In this document: positions 1 to 13,364 of the stretch, in pieces
Numbering within the stretch: position 1 is the first letter of the stretch
Layout of the letters: each line of letters starts with the position of its first letter
Source: the human T2T-CHM13v2.0 reference genome, Homo sapiens
Strand: one strand, 5' to 3'
DNA length: 64,000 bases
Assembly: GCF_009914755.1 (NCBI RefSeq)
Contig: NC_060943.1
The notes under the pieces: generated by a model
Databases searched by the model: none
What the model saw: the letters and a program-made list of their open reading frames with translations, nothing else
Told to the model about the DNA's origin: nothing
Translations under genes and position numbers: made by a program

Positions 1-674
1 AAAACTACAAAACTTTGTTGAAAGAAATTAAGAAGATCTAAATAAATGGAGAGAGACATTACATTTTCAAAGGCTGGAAGACTTGGTATTATTAGGATGA
101 CAATTCTCCACAAATTGATCTAAGACTCAATGCAATCCTTATTAAAACCTCAGTTGGATATTTTTGTAGAAATTGACAAACTGATCTAAAGTTCATATAG
201 AAATGCAAAATCCACAGAATAGCAAAAACAATCTGGAAATGAAAAACAAAGTTGGAGGACTTATTCACCCTGATTTCAAAGCTTAATACAAAACTCCTAT
301 ACTCAAGACAGTGTGGTGCTGACATAAGGAGAGACATTTAGATCAATGGAAGAGAATTCAGAGTCCAGAAATAACCCTTTACAGTCATTATCAATTGCTT
401 TTCAACAAGGGTACCCAAACAATCCAATGGGGGAAAGAATAATCTTTTCAACGAATGTTGCTGGGACAATTGTACAGCCACATGTAAAAGTATGTGTGGA
501 CCCTTCCCTCACACCATACACAAAATTAAACTTGAAATGGATCATGGACTATAATGTAAGAGCTAAAACTGTGAAACTCTTAGAAGAAAGCATGAGTAAA
601 TCAGTGATCTTAGGTTTCTTGAAGAATGATATCAAAAACACGAGATAAAATAAAAAATTGATCAATTGGACTTT
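1..674 (+). mobile_element. Old L1 (L1M) ORF2 3'-part fragment, degenerate
   Basis: L1 ORF2 hallmarks: aaagaagatctaaataaatgga, gacagtgtggtgctgacataagga, cctcacaccatacacaaaatt. Confidence 0.9.
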
Positions 675-828
675 ATTACTCCCTCTAGTGGATCCAAAAT
701 ATAACCATATTTATAACTATTTCATCTTTTAAAAACAATAGTAAAAGATATTTCCATAACAATTCTTCTACTCAGTGGTCATTTTCATGGTCATTATGGT
801 GAATTACTTTTGCTTTCCTGTATAGCAT
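675..828 (+). repeat. Copy A of a ~150 bp local direct duplication (copy B 1715-1875) with a CTCF-like core
   Basis: attactccctctagtggatc identical at 675-694 and 1715-1734; alignable similarity continues (ataaccatatt, aacaatagtaaaaga, gaatta). Confidence 0.8.
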
Positions 829-829
829 G

Positions 830-992
830 GCCAAGGGGCGTGAAGGTATTTTCAGGGGTGATAGAAATGATGTGTGTCTTGAACGTGGCGGTAGTTACAC
901 CACTGCACCAATTTTTATCAAAACCACTTGGCTTGAAGACTTAAAGTCTGTGTACGTATTTCACCATATGTAAATTTTACCTCAATAAAAAT
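830..992 (+). mobile_element. L1ME/L1MC-type 3' end fragment
   Basis: ggggtgatagaaatg...ggtagttacac...tatgtaaattttacctcaataaaa. Confidence 0.75.
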
Positions 993-1261
993 TTCATTTT
1001 ACAAAGTGATCGCTCTGAGGAGCAGAAGACGAGCTTTTCACTGCAAGCCTTTCAGTACTTCTTAAAATTTTTAAAAGCGTGTGTATAAATTACTTTAAGC
1101 TCTTTAAGTTTTGAAAAATAAAACATGTTCCAATTTGAAGCTTCTTATTATCCTTGCTTCATAGAAAACAGAAGATGAGAAGAACTCTCTTGTTTGAGAG
1201 GGTATCATTTAGCATCAATAACAAGGTTTTCCTCTCTTCCTTCCCTGGCGTTCCCCCAGAG

Positions 1262-1406
1262 TCACAGCACCAGTCCAGGGAGACCACGGGGAGGTCCGGG
1301 AGCAGGTTCTGAGTCAGAAGAAGGCTTGCTTTTAAAAGCTGTGATGGAAACGAAGTTGTAATCATTTATTCCCTGTCGTGGAGCTACTGTACCAAACACA
1401 GAATCT
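1262..1406 (-). CDS. Candidate terminal coding exon (DSVFGTVAPRQGINDYNFVSITAFKSKPSSDSEPAPGPPRGLPGLVL*), gene not identified
   Basis: Acceptor ctttcatttcctag; open frame to TGA at 1264-1262, in phase with the upstream candidate exon; non-repeat, CpG-retaining sequence. Confidence 0.4.
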
Positions 1407-1714
1407 CTAGGAAATGAAAGTCAGAATCTCAAAAGCTTCAGTTTTTGAATGCTAAAGCTTATTTGCATATCAATATTGCCTCAGGACAATACGCAGAATT
1501 AGAAAATTAAGGAACTACATTAGAAGAGAGAGAAAGAAATAGGACAAATGCGTGGAAGTATAGAGCTCCCCTCTGTCATCTAGTAAAAGTCATAAATAAA
1601 AAGCCACACTCAACTCCATGGCTGGTGAATTTTGATAATACTGTTACCAAAATTTTATTTACAAACTCAGTAACAAACAAATTTTTTTCATTAAAAAATA
1701 CACATCTGTACAGC

Positions 1715-1875
1715 ATTACTCCCTCTAGTGGATCTAAAAAAATAACCATATTGATAAGAATTTCATCCATCTTTTGGGGAACAATAGTAAAAGAAATTTT
1801 CATAATAATCATCATGCTGATCAGTGTTTATTTTAATGGTTAATCTGAATTAATTTTTCTTTTCTGTGTAGTATA
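1715..1875 (+). repeat. Copy B of the ~150 bp local duplication
   Basis: Aligns to 675-828. Confidence 0.8.
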
Positions 1876-2147
1876 CTTTTTCTTTCCATACACTCTCCTG
1901 TAAAAAAAGGTACTTAACATTTACCAGAATAATTAATTACTCATAAATTAGAAAATGACAGACATTTCAAACATTACTTACAAGGATAAAAATTCAAAAA
2001 CTATTGAAGGTAGTATTATACTCAACATAAATCGTAAATATTCAATGAGTTTCGCAGTCACTTTAAAGTAATGTGCAACTGAGAGGGTCATTGTAATAGT
2101 CTATTCACCCACGAACTGTTTAAAATTGGGTTAGTGATCATTTTTAA

Positions 2148-2283
2148 CCCATTTATGCTGGAGGTTGCAATTTTTTGAATTTTTGCATAAGTGAAAAATC
2201 AGACCTTGGCGCTGACCTTGAGCAGTAGGATATAAATAACTCCCACAGGCTTGGTGTTCCAATAGTGGAACACTAGGCATAAA
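2148..2283 (-). mobile_element. MER85 piggyBac-derived MITE, one terminus damaged
   Basis: TTAA (2144-2147) then cccatttatgc TIR; internal palindrome gttccaatagtggaac 2256-2271; far end stops at ctaggcataaa, lacking tggg-TTAA. Confidence 0.92.
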
Positions 2284-3127
2284 ATAATAAGTAATCATTC
2301 AAGTTTCATGTCTACTTATTTTATAAAGTAAATTTTCGAATATAATGCAAGTATTCATTAGATCCTCAAATCTCATTTGTTGCTTAGAGGGTTTTTGTGA
2401 ACATTTTTTCATGCCATCACTGTGTCTTATATTTGGGAGCAGAGAGGTAACATATAAATAAAAAGATGACACGTGTGTGTTGGCTTAACTTTTGAGTTTG
2501 TCACAACTCAGTCACAGATGTTGCTACTAGGGAACAGACACCTAAAAAGGGGTAAAAAAAAAAATAATGATGTTCAGTTGAGCTGATCTCTGTAGCCTAA
2601 TCCAAGTGAAATTTTAATAATTAGACAGCAATCCCTGCTATTAGATGATCTGGGACTGGTTTTACTATCGCAAATAACTGAATGGAGTTTCACGTATCTT
2701 TTTAGAATGAAGAATTTGAAATGACAACACCACCTTAGAGGTGTGGGGCTCTTGCAGAAGTGAATTTAGGTAAAAGACTGATGACAAGGTTTCGTTTTGT
2801 CTGAGAAGTAACATTTAACGGCAGGCAAAGAGATACATTTCCCACCAAAATCGAATGCCACTACCATCTGCAACCCCACAGAGGCTCAGCTACCTAAAAT
2901 GGAAATGAAAATATAATGTATGGAAATATTCTCTTAGAAAAACTCCTTAAGGCTTCACATGTATTAATGTATTAGTTTGCAAACATTAAGATCAAAGCCA
3001 AAGCAACAAATACATCCTAAAAAGTTTTTCGTCAGATTTTTATTAACGATATACAAGTAGCAGGGCATAAAAAATTAATAGGCCCAAGCGTTGAAATGTC
3101 AAACCCAATGATCTCTTCCATGCTCAC

Positions 3128-3185
3128 CTCTTTTGCTTTTTTGTTTCAGTCTTGCTGGCACCGGGTCTTCTTGCCTTGAGCAACT
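3128..3185 (-). CDS. Candidate 58-nt internal coding exon (K-LLKARRPGASKTETKKQK-R)
   Basis: Acceptor ctccttttcttaaccgtgtag, donor GAG|gtgagc; phase 1 in and phase 2 out, matching both neighbours. Confidence 0.5.
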
Positions 3186-3471
3186 CTACACGGTTAAGAA
3201 AAGGAGAAAGAAAGGTTAACAGATGGTTTAAGAGCCCCTCATCTGTTGCAGTAAGTTAAAAAATAGCAAAGGAAGGAGAATAGGATCCAAGGTGTCAAAA
3301 ACGCAAGGCCTAAATTCATAGACGTGTAATTTCAAGCCTTTGGGCTTACCCAATAAACCGTTAAATATTCAGTTTTAAATAAAATCTACTGTAGGTTTCT
3401 TTAAAAAAAAAAACCAATTTGCTTATAATATTGCTAACTCAAGTTTAAAATACAGTTTCTCTTCCTTTTTA

Positions 3472-3999
<528 letters not shown>

Positions 4000-4118
4000 C
4001 TAACAGTTATTTGCACAACATCTGTCTCAGATATAAGCCAGCAACACAAGGCCGGACATCCTCCTTCCATGCTGTTTAGCATGTGCTGATATAGGAAAGG
4101 CCTAAAGAACTATGTGAA

Positions 4119-4400
4119 TGCTGGGTGTGGTGGCTCAGCCTATAATCCCAGCACTTTGGGAGGCCAAGGCAGCTGGATCACTTGAGGTCTGGAGTTCGAG
4201 ACCAGCCTGGGCAACATGGTGAAACCCCCATCTCTACTAAAAATATAAAAATTAGCCAGGCATGATGGTGCATGCCTATAGTCCCAGCTACTCAGGAGGC
4301 TGAGGCAGAAGAATCACTTGAATCCGGGAGGCAGAGATCACACCACTGCACTCCAGCCTGGGTGACAGAGCAAGACTCCATCTCAAAATAAATAAATAAA
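4119..4400 (+). mobile_element. Alu (AluS) with a short right-arm deletion and (TAAA)n tail
   Basis: Alu consensus; gggaggcagagatcacacc lacks the gttgcagtgagcc segment. Confidence 0.95.
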
Positions 4401-4519
4401 TTTTGACTTGAAATTCCAAAAGAAAAATTTTGCCTGTTTCTAATCTATATTGATTAGCAATATATTGTAAACAGAACAAATGAAGAATGACCATACTAAA
4501 GCTGAAACACTCTGCTTAA

Positions 4520-4992
4520 AGAGAGAACAATGGCAGACACCATCATCAGAGGGACCTGGAAGAGGACACTGACCCCAGCAGGGAGTTGTGATGGAAGAGG
4601 AGACAGCTTCACTGTGTACAGAAGAATAAGCTTCCTACTACTGGACTGGGGGTGGCTCCCATCCCCGGGACCAGTGTCTGTCTCCAGTCCTGAGCGAGTC
4701 AAGGTAGAGACACTGAGTATGCCTAGGATTGGATGGTCTGAATAATTCCAGCTGTTTCTGGGCTATAGGAAAGATCTCTGGTTGTCCTGTACCTGGCCCT
4801 GGGGTGACTTAGTACATGGGGAATATTGGCTTGGTGTGTGAGAATTTGATAAAGGAGATGGTTGTGGGTTGGGCTCTGGATTGGTTGGTTTGTATGTTAA
4901 AGGCATGCTTGCAGGGGAGTCCTTGGCTATCTCTAGGAATTATCTCTAGTGCTGGAAGGGGCAGTCTCTCCAGGATCAAGGCCCGCAAATGC
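4520..4992 (-). mobile_element. ERVL LTR, MER76-like
   Basis: gattggttggtttgtatg...ctatctctaggaatt...ggggcagtctctccaggatcaaggccc resembles recalled MER76. Confidence 0.55.
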
Positions 4993-5029
4993 TTGAGCAT
5001 GAAGAATCTAGAAAATGAGAAAACAGAGT

Positions 5030-5900
<871 letters not shown>

Positions 5901-6436
5901 TCTGAGTATTTATTCTAAGAAGAGGGTATAGCTCCGAGTATTCTAAAAAGAGAGTGTAACTATCTACACACATATAGATAGTTGTATTTCTGGCTACCTA
6001 AAGAGGACCGGAATGATTTAGCTCAAATGAGAAAAGAAATTGTCTCCGTGAAGTGAAGTTATGGGTAGTCTTTCTTAACCTCTTTCCATGTTTCAGAATT
6101 TTCATAAGATGTTCCAAACAGTATGTATTTCAATATATAAACAGATGAAAACAATAAAGCTATTTCAGAAATCGGGGAAAAAAATTAAAAACCCAACAAA
6201 ATGAGGTTTTGCTGGGAAAGAAAGCAGCTAACCTAATTTCCTGTAGAAAAACTGCTATCCTAAATGTGAATGCTTTCTTGACTATTAATTTGGATATAAT
6301 TATAACCCTCTACAACAGGAGAAAGACTAATGAATCACAGGGGAAAAAATGAAGGAAAAGCACAATACTGCAAAAACATACCAAAGACAAAACTGCAAAG
6401 CTACTGAAAACATAAAAGGATGTCTTAACAGGATAC

Positions 6437-6494
6437 TCATGTCCTCTTGGGAGACTTCCAGGTGAAATGATTGAAGATGATTTTCCAGCCGTTC
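6437..6494 (-). CDS. Candidate 58-nt coding exon (ERLENHLQSFHLEVSQEDM) ending at a U12-like donor
   Basis: Acceptor ctttctttaccccaccttccag; donor A|GTATCCTGTT; open frame. Confidence 0.45.
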
Positions 6495-8412
6495 CTGGAA
6501 GGTGGGGTAAAGAAAGAGGAAAAATTTCCTGGCACGTCAGTCTATGAAATAATATAATGCAATATGAGGGGAATCTTGGACGGGCTGATACGAAGTCAGA
6601 AACCCATGCAAGGGTTGCAATCTGTTTCCTGTTTCTCTGCAGTCCTACTCTGTTCTGTGATGGCTGGGACAGATGGGGCCCCACAGCCCCTTCCTTGTCA
6701 CATGGCAGACTGAGCAAAGGGGACTGATTTGGGAGGGAATGGGGCGCCTCCAGCTTTCTGGGCACTGCAGGCCAGCGGGTTATGGAAGGTCCCGCTTGCC
6801 CTGGGCAGCCATGCCAGCTGGTGGCTGGTGCTTTGGAAAGGTCCTCACTGTCAGCCACAGTTGCTTAATCTAAAAACCCAATCTTCTGAAAGTGTCAGTG
6901 CTGTTGGAGCTCAACGTCTGTAAGCTTGGCCAAATATGTCAAGAAGGACCGACCTGTGGGCTTAGGGGGAAAAAAGCAAATGAATGCCAAGTTTACACAG
7001 ATAGGCCACATTTTAGTTTACTTTTACTAAATCTTAGCCTTTCATTTTGTTGGAAGACATGGAGAAGGCACACGATGGAAAGACCCTTCACCTCCTCCCA
7101 CTTTAAATTTTAGGGATGATAAATTACCGTGAAATTAATTTAGTTTTGCTATTACACTTTTACCGTGAGTCCCGAGCCAAGGACATTTTTATGTTAAAGT
7201 CTTTGTAGATGTCATGTTTTTGTATGCCTGAAATACCTCTGTGTATAATATTGATATTGGAAAAAAATCTATTAATATTTTGTAAAATGATATGTCTGGT
7301 ATGGCATTTGACTTCTTCTGGGGGAAAAGAACATAATTGTGCAAAATGTTAGAAATTCTACTATCGAGACTGCACAAGTATGACAGATACACTAATTCCA
7401 GTAAGTGTAGGTAGAGATCTTCATGAATGGGGAACTACATTTGAAAAGATCATTTCTGATATAATTGGAAATCGGGGGGATTCTTAAGACTCTCCAAAAA
7501 AACCCACTTTTCCTGAGTACTTTGCTTTTTAGGCAGAAAAAGAATTAACTCCTAAAGCCATCCCACTGGCACAAAGAGAGTCAGGGGTTCTCTCTGGAAT
7601 TTTGTTATAATAGGGCTCAGCACATTCTAGCGTGATTGTTAGTTTCAGACACTTGCCACCTGTGTGCAGTTGGTGAAAGTAAGAGGAATGCTACTTTGCC
7701 TGACCTCGTTTAAGAACAAGAACAAACATTCTTTTAGAGTTTAAAACTCAGGACTCATGCTTTAATCTTTCAAACTCCCATCTTCCCAGGGCGCCCTCAG
7801 CTTTCATCAGTGCTTTTCTCATAGTCATGCCTCTTATAGTTTTATAATTTTTTAAAAGGCAATACTAGATGAGTTTAAGGCGCTGGTATCCATTTTCCAT
7901 TAAATAAAGTGTCAAAACTTCTGATACTATACTGTAGAGTCACCACCATGCCAACAGTTTTAATTTCAAACACATTTTCCCCATTCTGATGATATTAGAA
8001 CTTCACCCATGGCACTACTACCTTATAACTTTTATTTTTAATTAAAGAAGTTAAATTGGCAACAGAAAACACTTTGCTTTCACATTAGCTTTGTTAATAA
8101 AAAGTGAACGTTTAAAGCAGTGTACCTGTGGATGAAATCAAGTTCCAAGCTCCAGTTTCCCCTTTATCTCATGAAGGCATCAAGCTAAAGGTCTATGCTT
8201 ATGACAATCTTAAAACAAAAGGAACAAGGAAAGATGAAAATATTTAAAACCCAACTATTTTCAGCTGATGGCAAGTCAAAAAACTACACGAGATATTTTA
8301 ATACAGCAAAGATTCCATCCTTCTAGATGCTTTGCAAAATGATATTAGATAACTAATCATGAGAGGCAGCGAAAACCTCAAAGCAAGTGAAATAAAAATA
8401 ATTATAATTAAA

Positions 8413-8713
8413 GACTGGGTGTAGCAGCTCACGTCTGTATTCCCAGCATTTTGGGAGGCTGAGGCAGGCACATTACTTCAGGTCAGGAGTTTGAGACCAG
8501 CCTGGCCAATATGGTAAAACCCTGTCTCTACTAAAAATACAAAAATTATCCAGATGTGGTGGCAGGCGCCTGCAGTCCCAGCTACTCAGGAGGTTGAGGC
8601 ACCAAAATCGCTTGAACCCGGGAGGCAGAGGTTGTAGTGAGCCGAGACCGTGCCACTACACTTCAGTCTGTGTGACAGAGCAAGACTCTGTCTCAAAATA
8701 ATAATAATAATAA
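8413..8713 (+). mobile_element. Alu (AluS) with (TAA)n tail
   Basis: Alu consensus. Confidence 0.95.
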
Positions 8714-9484
8714 TTATTATTATTATTAAAGGGAAACATGGTAGATATTGATACATAAGAAGGAAAACCTACAATTATCATATAATTAAAGAAGTAACAT
8801 TGAGGCAATATAGAACAATATACAGAGGTAAAGCGTTTCCACTATCATAGTAGAAACAAATTAAAATACTTTTGATTTGGTTAACATAAAGGGAGGAAAA
8901 CAATCTGGATGTCTTTTTTACCAGTTTATTATTATTAAAGCATGAATACTTGGGGTTTATGTAAACTGGTAAAGAAGATATTCAGATTCTCTCTATATAT
9001 GTCTAAAGATATATATATGTATAATATATTACATATATTCATTATATATTATCTTACATTTCTATCACTTACATATTATGTAAATATTCATTCATTCTAA
9101 AATTGGAAAAATGCTCTATTTCTAATCAGGCTGGAAAAACAAAATACCAGATTTCAAATTATTCCTCTAAACTTCTTCCACTTTTAAAAATAGATACCCT
9201 TGTTTATTAAAAAAAACAAACAAAAAGCCTTAAAGCTTGAAGTGATACTAAAAACTCAACCATCATAATAACCAAGAAAAATAGTCAAAATTATCTTAAG
9301 ACACAATTTTATTAGACTTCGTGAAGGAAAACTGGAGGAGTGACCATGTGGTCACCTCCCCTCTCTCTCTCCCTCTTAAAACCATGCTAAAATTGTAAGG
9401 AACTCTAAACAAACGTGTAATTTCATGAAGATGAAGAGAACTGAAAAGAAATACATACACATGTAGATAGATGTGTCAAGTGTG

Positions 9485-9863
9485 GGCCGGATGTGGTGGT
9501 TCATGCCTGTAATCCCAGTGCTTTCGAGGCCAAGGACCTCTTGAGTCCCAGCGTTTAAGACCAGCCTGGGCAACTAACAAGACCCCATCTCTTTAGAAAT
9601 TAGTTGGGTGGGGTGGCATGTGCCTGTAGTCCCAGCTACTCAGGAGGCTGAGGCTGGAGGATGGAAACATGGTAGAAGTAGATGCAGAAGGAAAATCTAC
9701 AATTAGGCTGAACTACAATTAGGGTGAGCCTCCCAGGCTTGAGCCCAGGAGTTGGAGACTGCAATGAACTATGATCACACCACTGTACTCTAGCCTGGGT
9801 GACAGAGGAAGATCCTATCTTTAAAAAAAAAAAAAAAAGAGAGAGAGAGAGAAAGAAAAAAAA
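9485..9863 (+). mobile_element. AluJ interrupted by a ~75 bp insertion (9663-9736)
   Basis: Right arm breaks at ggaggat and resumes at gcttgagcccaggag. Confidence 0.9.
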
Positions 9864-11126
9864 GTGGATGAAGGAGTTCCAGTTCTACTGCTGAGATGGA
9901 GAAAGAACACTCTAGCCTATCTCTCCCACTGAACGGAGCTATAAAACATACACAGCATGCATGGATTAGTTCTTTGAGGATTCCAAAGGGAACATGATAA
10001 ATTAAAGAAAAATAACATAATTTGAAGTATCACCAAACCTTTTTTTTTTCCCCTCCAGTATCCCCCAGCCTGGATGAGACACAGCTGGAGCCTGGAATGG
10101 ACATGGAGCAGACAGAGAGCTTCAGGACACACCCGCTCATTCTGGCTTGAGGAGCAGGAAAGGCATCTGCCAACACTCCGAGTTAAGTAGAAATATTACC
10201 CACACCCCATCATCAAATTTTTGTCATTCATTCCCTCACACCTCAGCCCAGAGCTACCCACAGGTGCCTAAAATTCTGAGGGAGAGGAAATTTCCTCTCT
10301 AATCAGGGGATGTCCCCCAACAGGAAGGGACAAATCTTGTGTCTACTTGCTCTTCCTTCCTTCTCTCCTTCTGTCTTCCCCTCTGTCTCTCTTTCTCTCT
10401 CCTCTCCCAACTCTTGGCCATGGGAAGTGCATGGCAGAGCATGATAAATAAAGCCTCCGCTTTCTGACCTGAGAACTGAAAATGGAGCACCCAGAGAACA
10501 TAAAAGTACCTGAGAGATGGTGAAGAAATACGAGTTGGAGAAGACCACCCCATAAAGTCATTTATGAACTCCTGGGCAAGCTTCCGAGCTGCACATGCAT
10601 GGATCTAATCCCAAACCACTCACCATAGACGTCGTGAACTGAACAACAGAATAAAGCATAGCCCAGATCCCAGACTGACCATTGGTGGAGCACATCTGGG
10701 ACAGATCTGATAGCACTGCAAAGACTTTGAAAATCCAATTCACATTGACCTACAACCTTTACATCTGGTTAGAACATGCAGCCTGAATCCAACTAGGTAG
10801 GTAGAGGTTTGATATTTAAAAATAACTATAACGTAAAGGGCGGGGGCAAGGAAAGTAATAGTAGGACCTATGTGGTGGTTAGTTTTCTTCTACATTGCTT
10901 CTGGCATAGTAAAATATTGATTCTAAATAGACAGAAAAGTTAAGCATGTTTATTGTTATCCCTGGAGCAATGAAACCATACTAAGAAATAGATATCAAAA
11001 ACAAAATAGATACATTAAAATGGAATATTTAAAACCTTTAGATATTACACCAATATTTGTAGCAATTTTATTTTTAATAGCCAAAAACTGGAATCAGCCT
11101 AGATGTTCTTAAATAGGTGAATGGAT

Positions 11127-11500
11127 ATCTTAGTCCATTTTGTACTACTATTACGGAAGACTTGAGATCAGGTAATTTATAACAAACAGAAATGTTTCTC
11201 ACAATTCTGGAGACTGAGAAGTCCAAGATCAAGGGGCCAGCATCTGGCGATCTGGTGAAGGCCTTTTTGCTGCATCATCTCATGGCCGAAGGGCAAAGAG
11301 AGAGAGAGAAAGAGAGGAAGAGGGAGCAAAACTTGTACTTTTATGAGAAACCCACTCCCTCGATAAAAGCATTAATGCATTCATGAGGGTGGTGTCCCCA
11401 TGACTGAAACATCTTTCATTAGGCCTCACCTCCCAACAACACCACATTGGAGATCGAGTTTCCAACATGTGAACTTTGGGGGACACGTTTAAACCAGTTC
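11127..11500 (-). mobile_element. MaLR LTR (MST/MLT1A-like)
   Basis: tcttagtccatttt...gaagtccaagatcaagg...ccaacatgtgaactttgggggacac. Confidence 0.85.
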
Positions 11501-11689
11501 AAGGGGTAAGCAATCTGTGGTCCATATATACCATAAAATATTACCCAGCAATAAAAAGAAACAAACTACTGATACACACAACTTAAATGAATCTTGAGAA
11601 ATTATGCTGAGTGCAAAAAGCCTATCCCAAAAGATTACAAAATATATTATTTCACTTATATAACATTTTTGTTTGTTTCGTTTTTCATT

Positions 11690-11975
<286 letters not shown>

Positions 11976-12399
11976 AACATTTTTGAAATGAGAAAATTTT
12001 AGGAAAGGAATGAAAGATTAATGGTTGCCAGCAGTTCAGAATGGGGAAGCCAGAAGAAGGTTGGTATGGTTTTAAAAAGAAAACACAAGAGCTTCTCAGG
12101 TTCTTTGTAGTATTGGAACTGTTCAGAATCTTGAGAGGGTGATGGGAACACAAACATATACAGGTGATTAAATTGTATAGAACTGAATGCACACAAATAA
12201 ACACAAGTAAAACTGGGAAAATCTGAATAAGATTAGTGGATTGTACCAATGTTGAATTCCTGGCTGTGATGTTATATTATAGTTTTCCAAACTGTTATCA
12301 CTGAGGAAAACTGAGAAAACTGTACAAGAGATGTCTTTGAATTATTTGTTACATCTTCATGTGAAACTATAATTTAATAAAATGTTCAAATAAAAAATT

Positions 12400-13362
12400 T
12401 ACAAATGTTTCAAAAGCCCAAAAGAAAGCAGGAATAGGTAAACAGAGGAAATAAAAACAGAGGGAATGAACCGAAAAAAAATTAAATGGTGGGCCAGTTA
12501 ACATATATTTATAATTGATTAAATGTAAACAGTTTAGATACACCAATTAAAAGACAGATATCGCAGAATAGATAAGAGTGGTCTAACTATATGCTGTTTA
12601 CAAGAAACTTACTTTAAATATAATAGCATAGGTAAAAGTAAAAGGATGGAAAACAATATACCATGGTAATACTACAAAAGAAAGCTCAAGTAACTATATC
12701 AAAATTAGACAAAGTAGATATTAGGCCAAAAAGTTGGTCCAAAAAACAGAAAGGCATTACTTTTTTTTTTTTTTTTTTGAAACAATTTCTCTGTGTCACC
12801 TAGGCTGGAGTGCAGTGGTCCAATCTTGGCTCACTGCAACACCTGCCCAGAAAGACATTACTTAATGATTAAAGGATCAATTTACCAAGAAAATATAGCG
12901 ATCCAAAATATGTATGGAACTAACAATAGAGCTTCAAAATACATGAAGCAAAAACCGAACTATTGGAAATTTAAAATATAATGATTAAAATAAAAAATTC
13001 AATCTGTCCCAAAATCTGGAAGTTCAAATCAAAGAAGTTTGATATACTTACAGAAAAATGAAGGAAGGGAGGAAAGAAATTAAAAGAAAGAAAATAGGAG
13101 AGAAATTTTAAAAGAATTAGATCAACTAGGGTTGGAAACTATCAAAAAAACAATGCAAGAACAAATTCCAAAACTAAAGACAATGATGAGTTGCCAAGCC
13201 AAAATGTCTCCCTGAGAAACCAGCACAATTAATGAAACAATACTTACTCCAAGGTTCATCTCTATAAAATTTCAGAACTCCAAGGATTAAAAGAAAATTC
13301 TAAGAAAAACAGGTCACATAGACAGAAAAAGCCAAATGGTATTGGACTTCTTAATAGCACCA
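12400..13362 (+). mobile_element. L1 ORF2 endonuclease-region and ORF1 fragments, with a partial antisense Alu at 12761-12848
   Basis: ccaattaaaagacaga, actatatgctgtttacaagaaac, agagcttcaaaatacatgaagcaaaaac. Confidence 0.8.
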
Positions 13363-13364
13363 TT

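Noticed and set aside
6310-6858. 182-aa ORF as a single-exon gene
   Set aside because: Starts at GTG, has no recognisable domain, and overlaps the candidate exon in a different frame
7858-7895. Plus-strand 27-nt micro-exon (AILDEFKAL) with a gtatccattt U12-like donor
   Set aside because: The donor deviates at the conserved +7 position and I found no partner U12 branch site or exon
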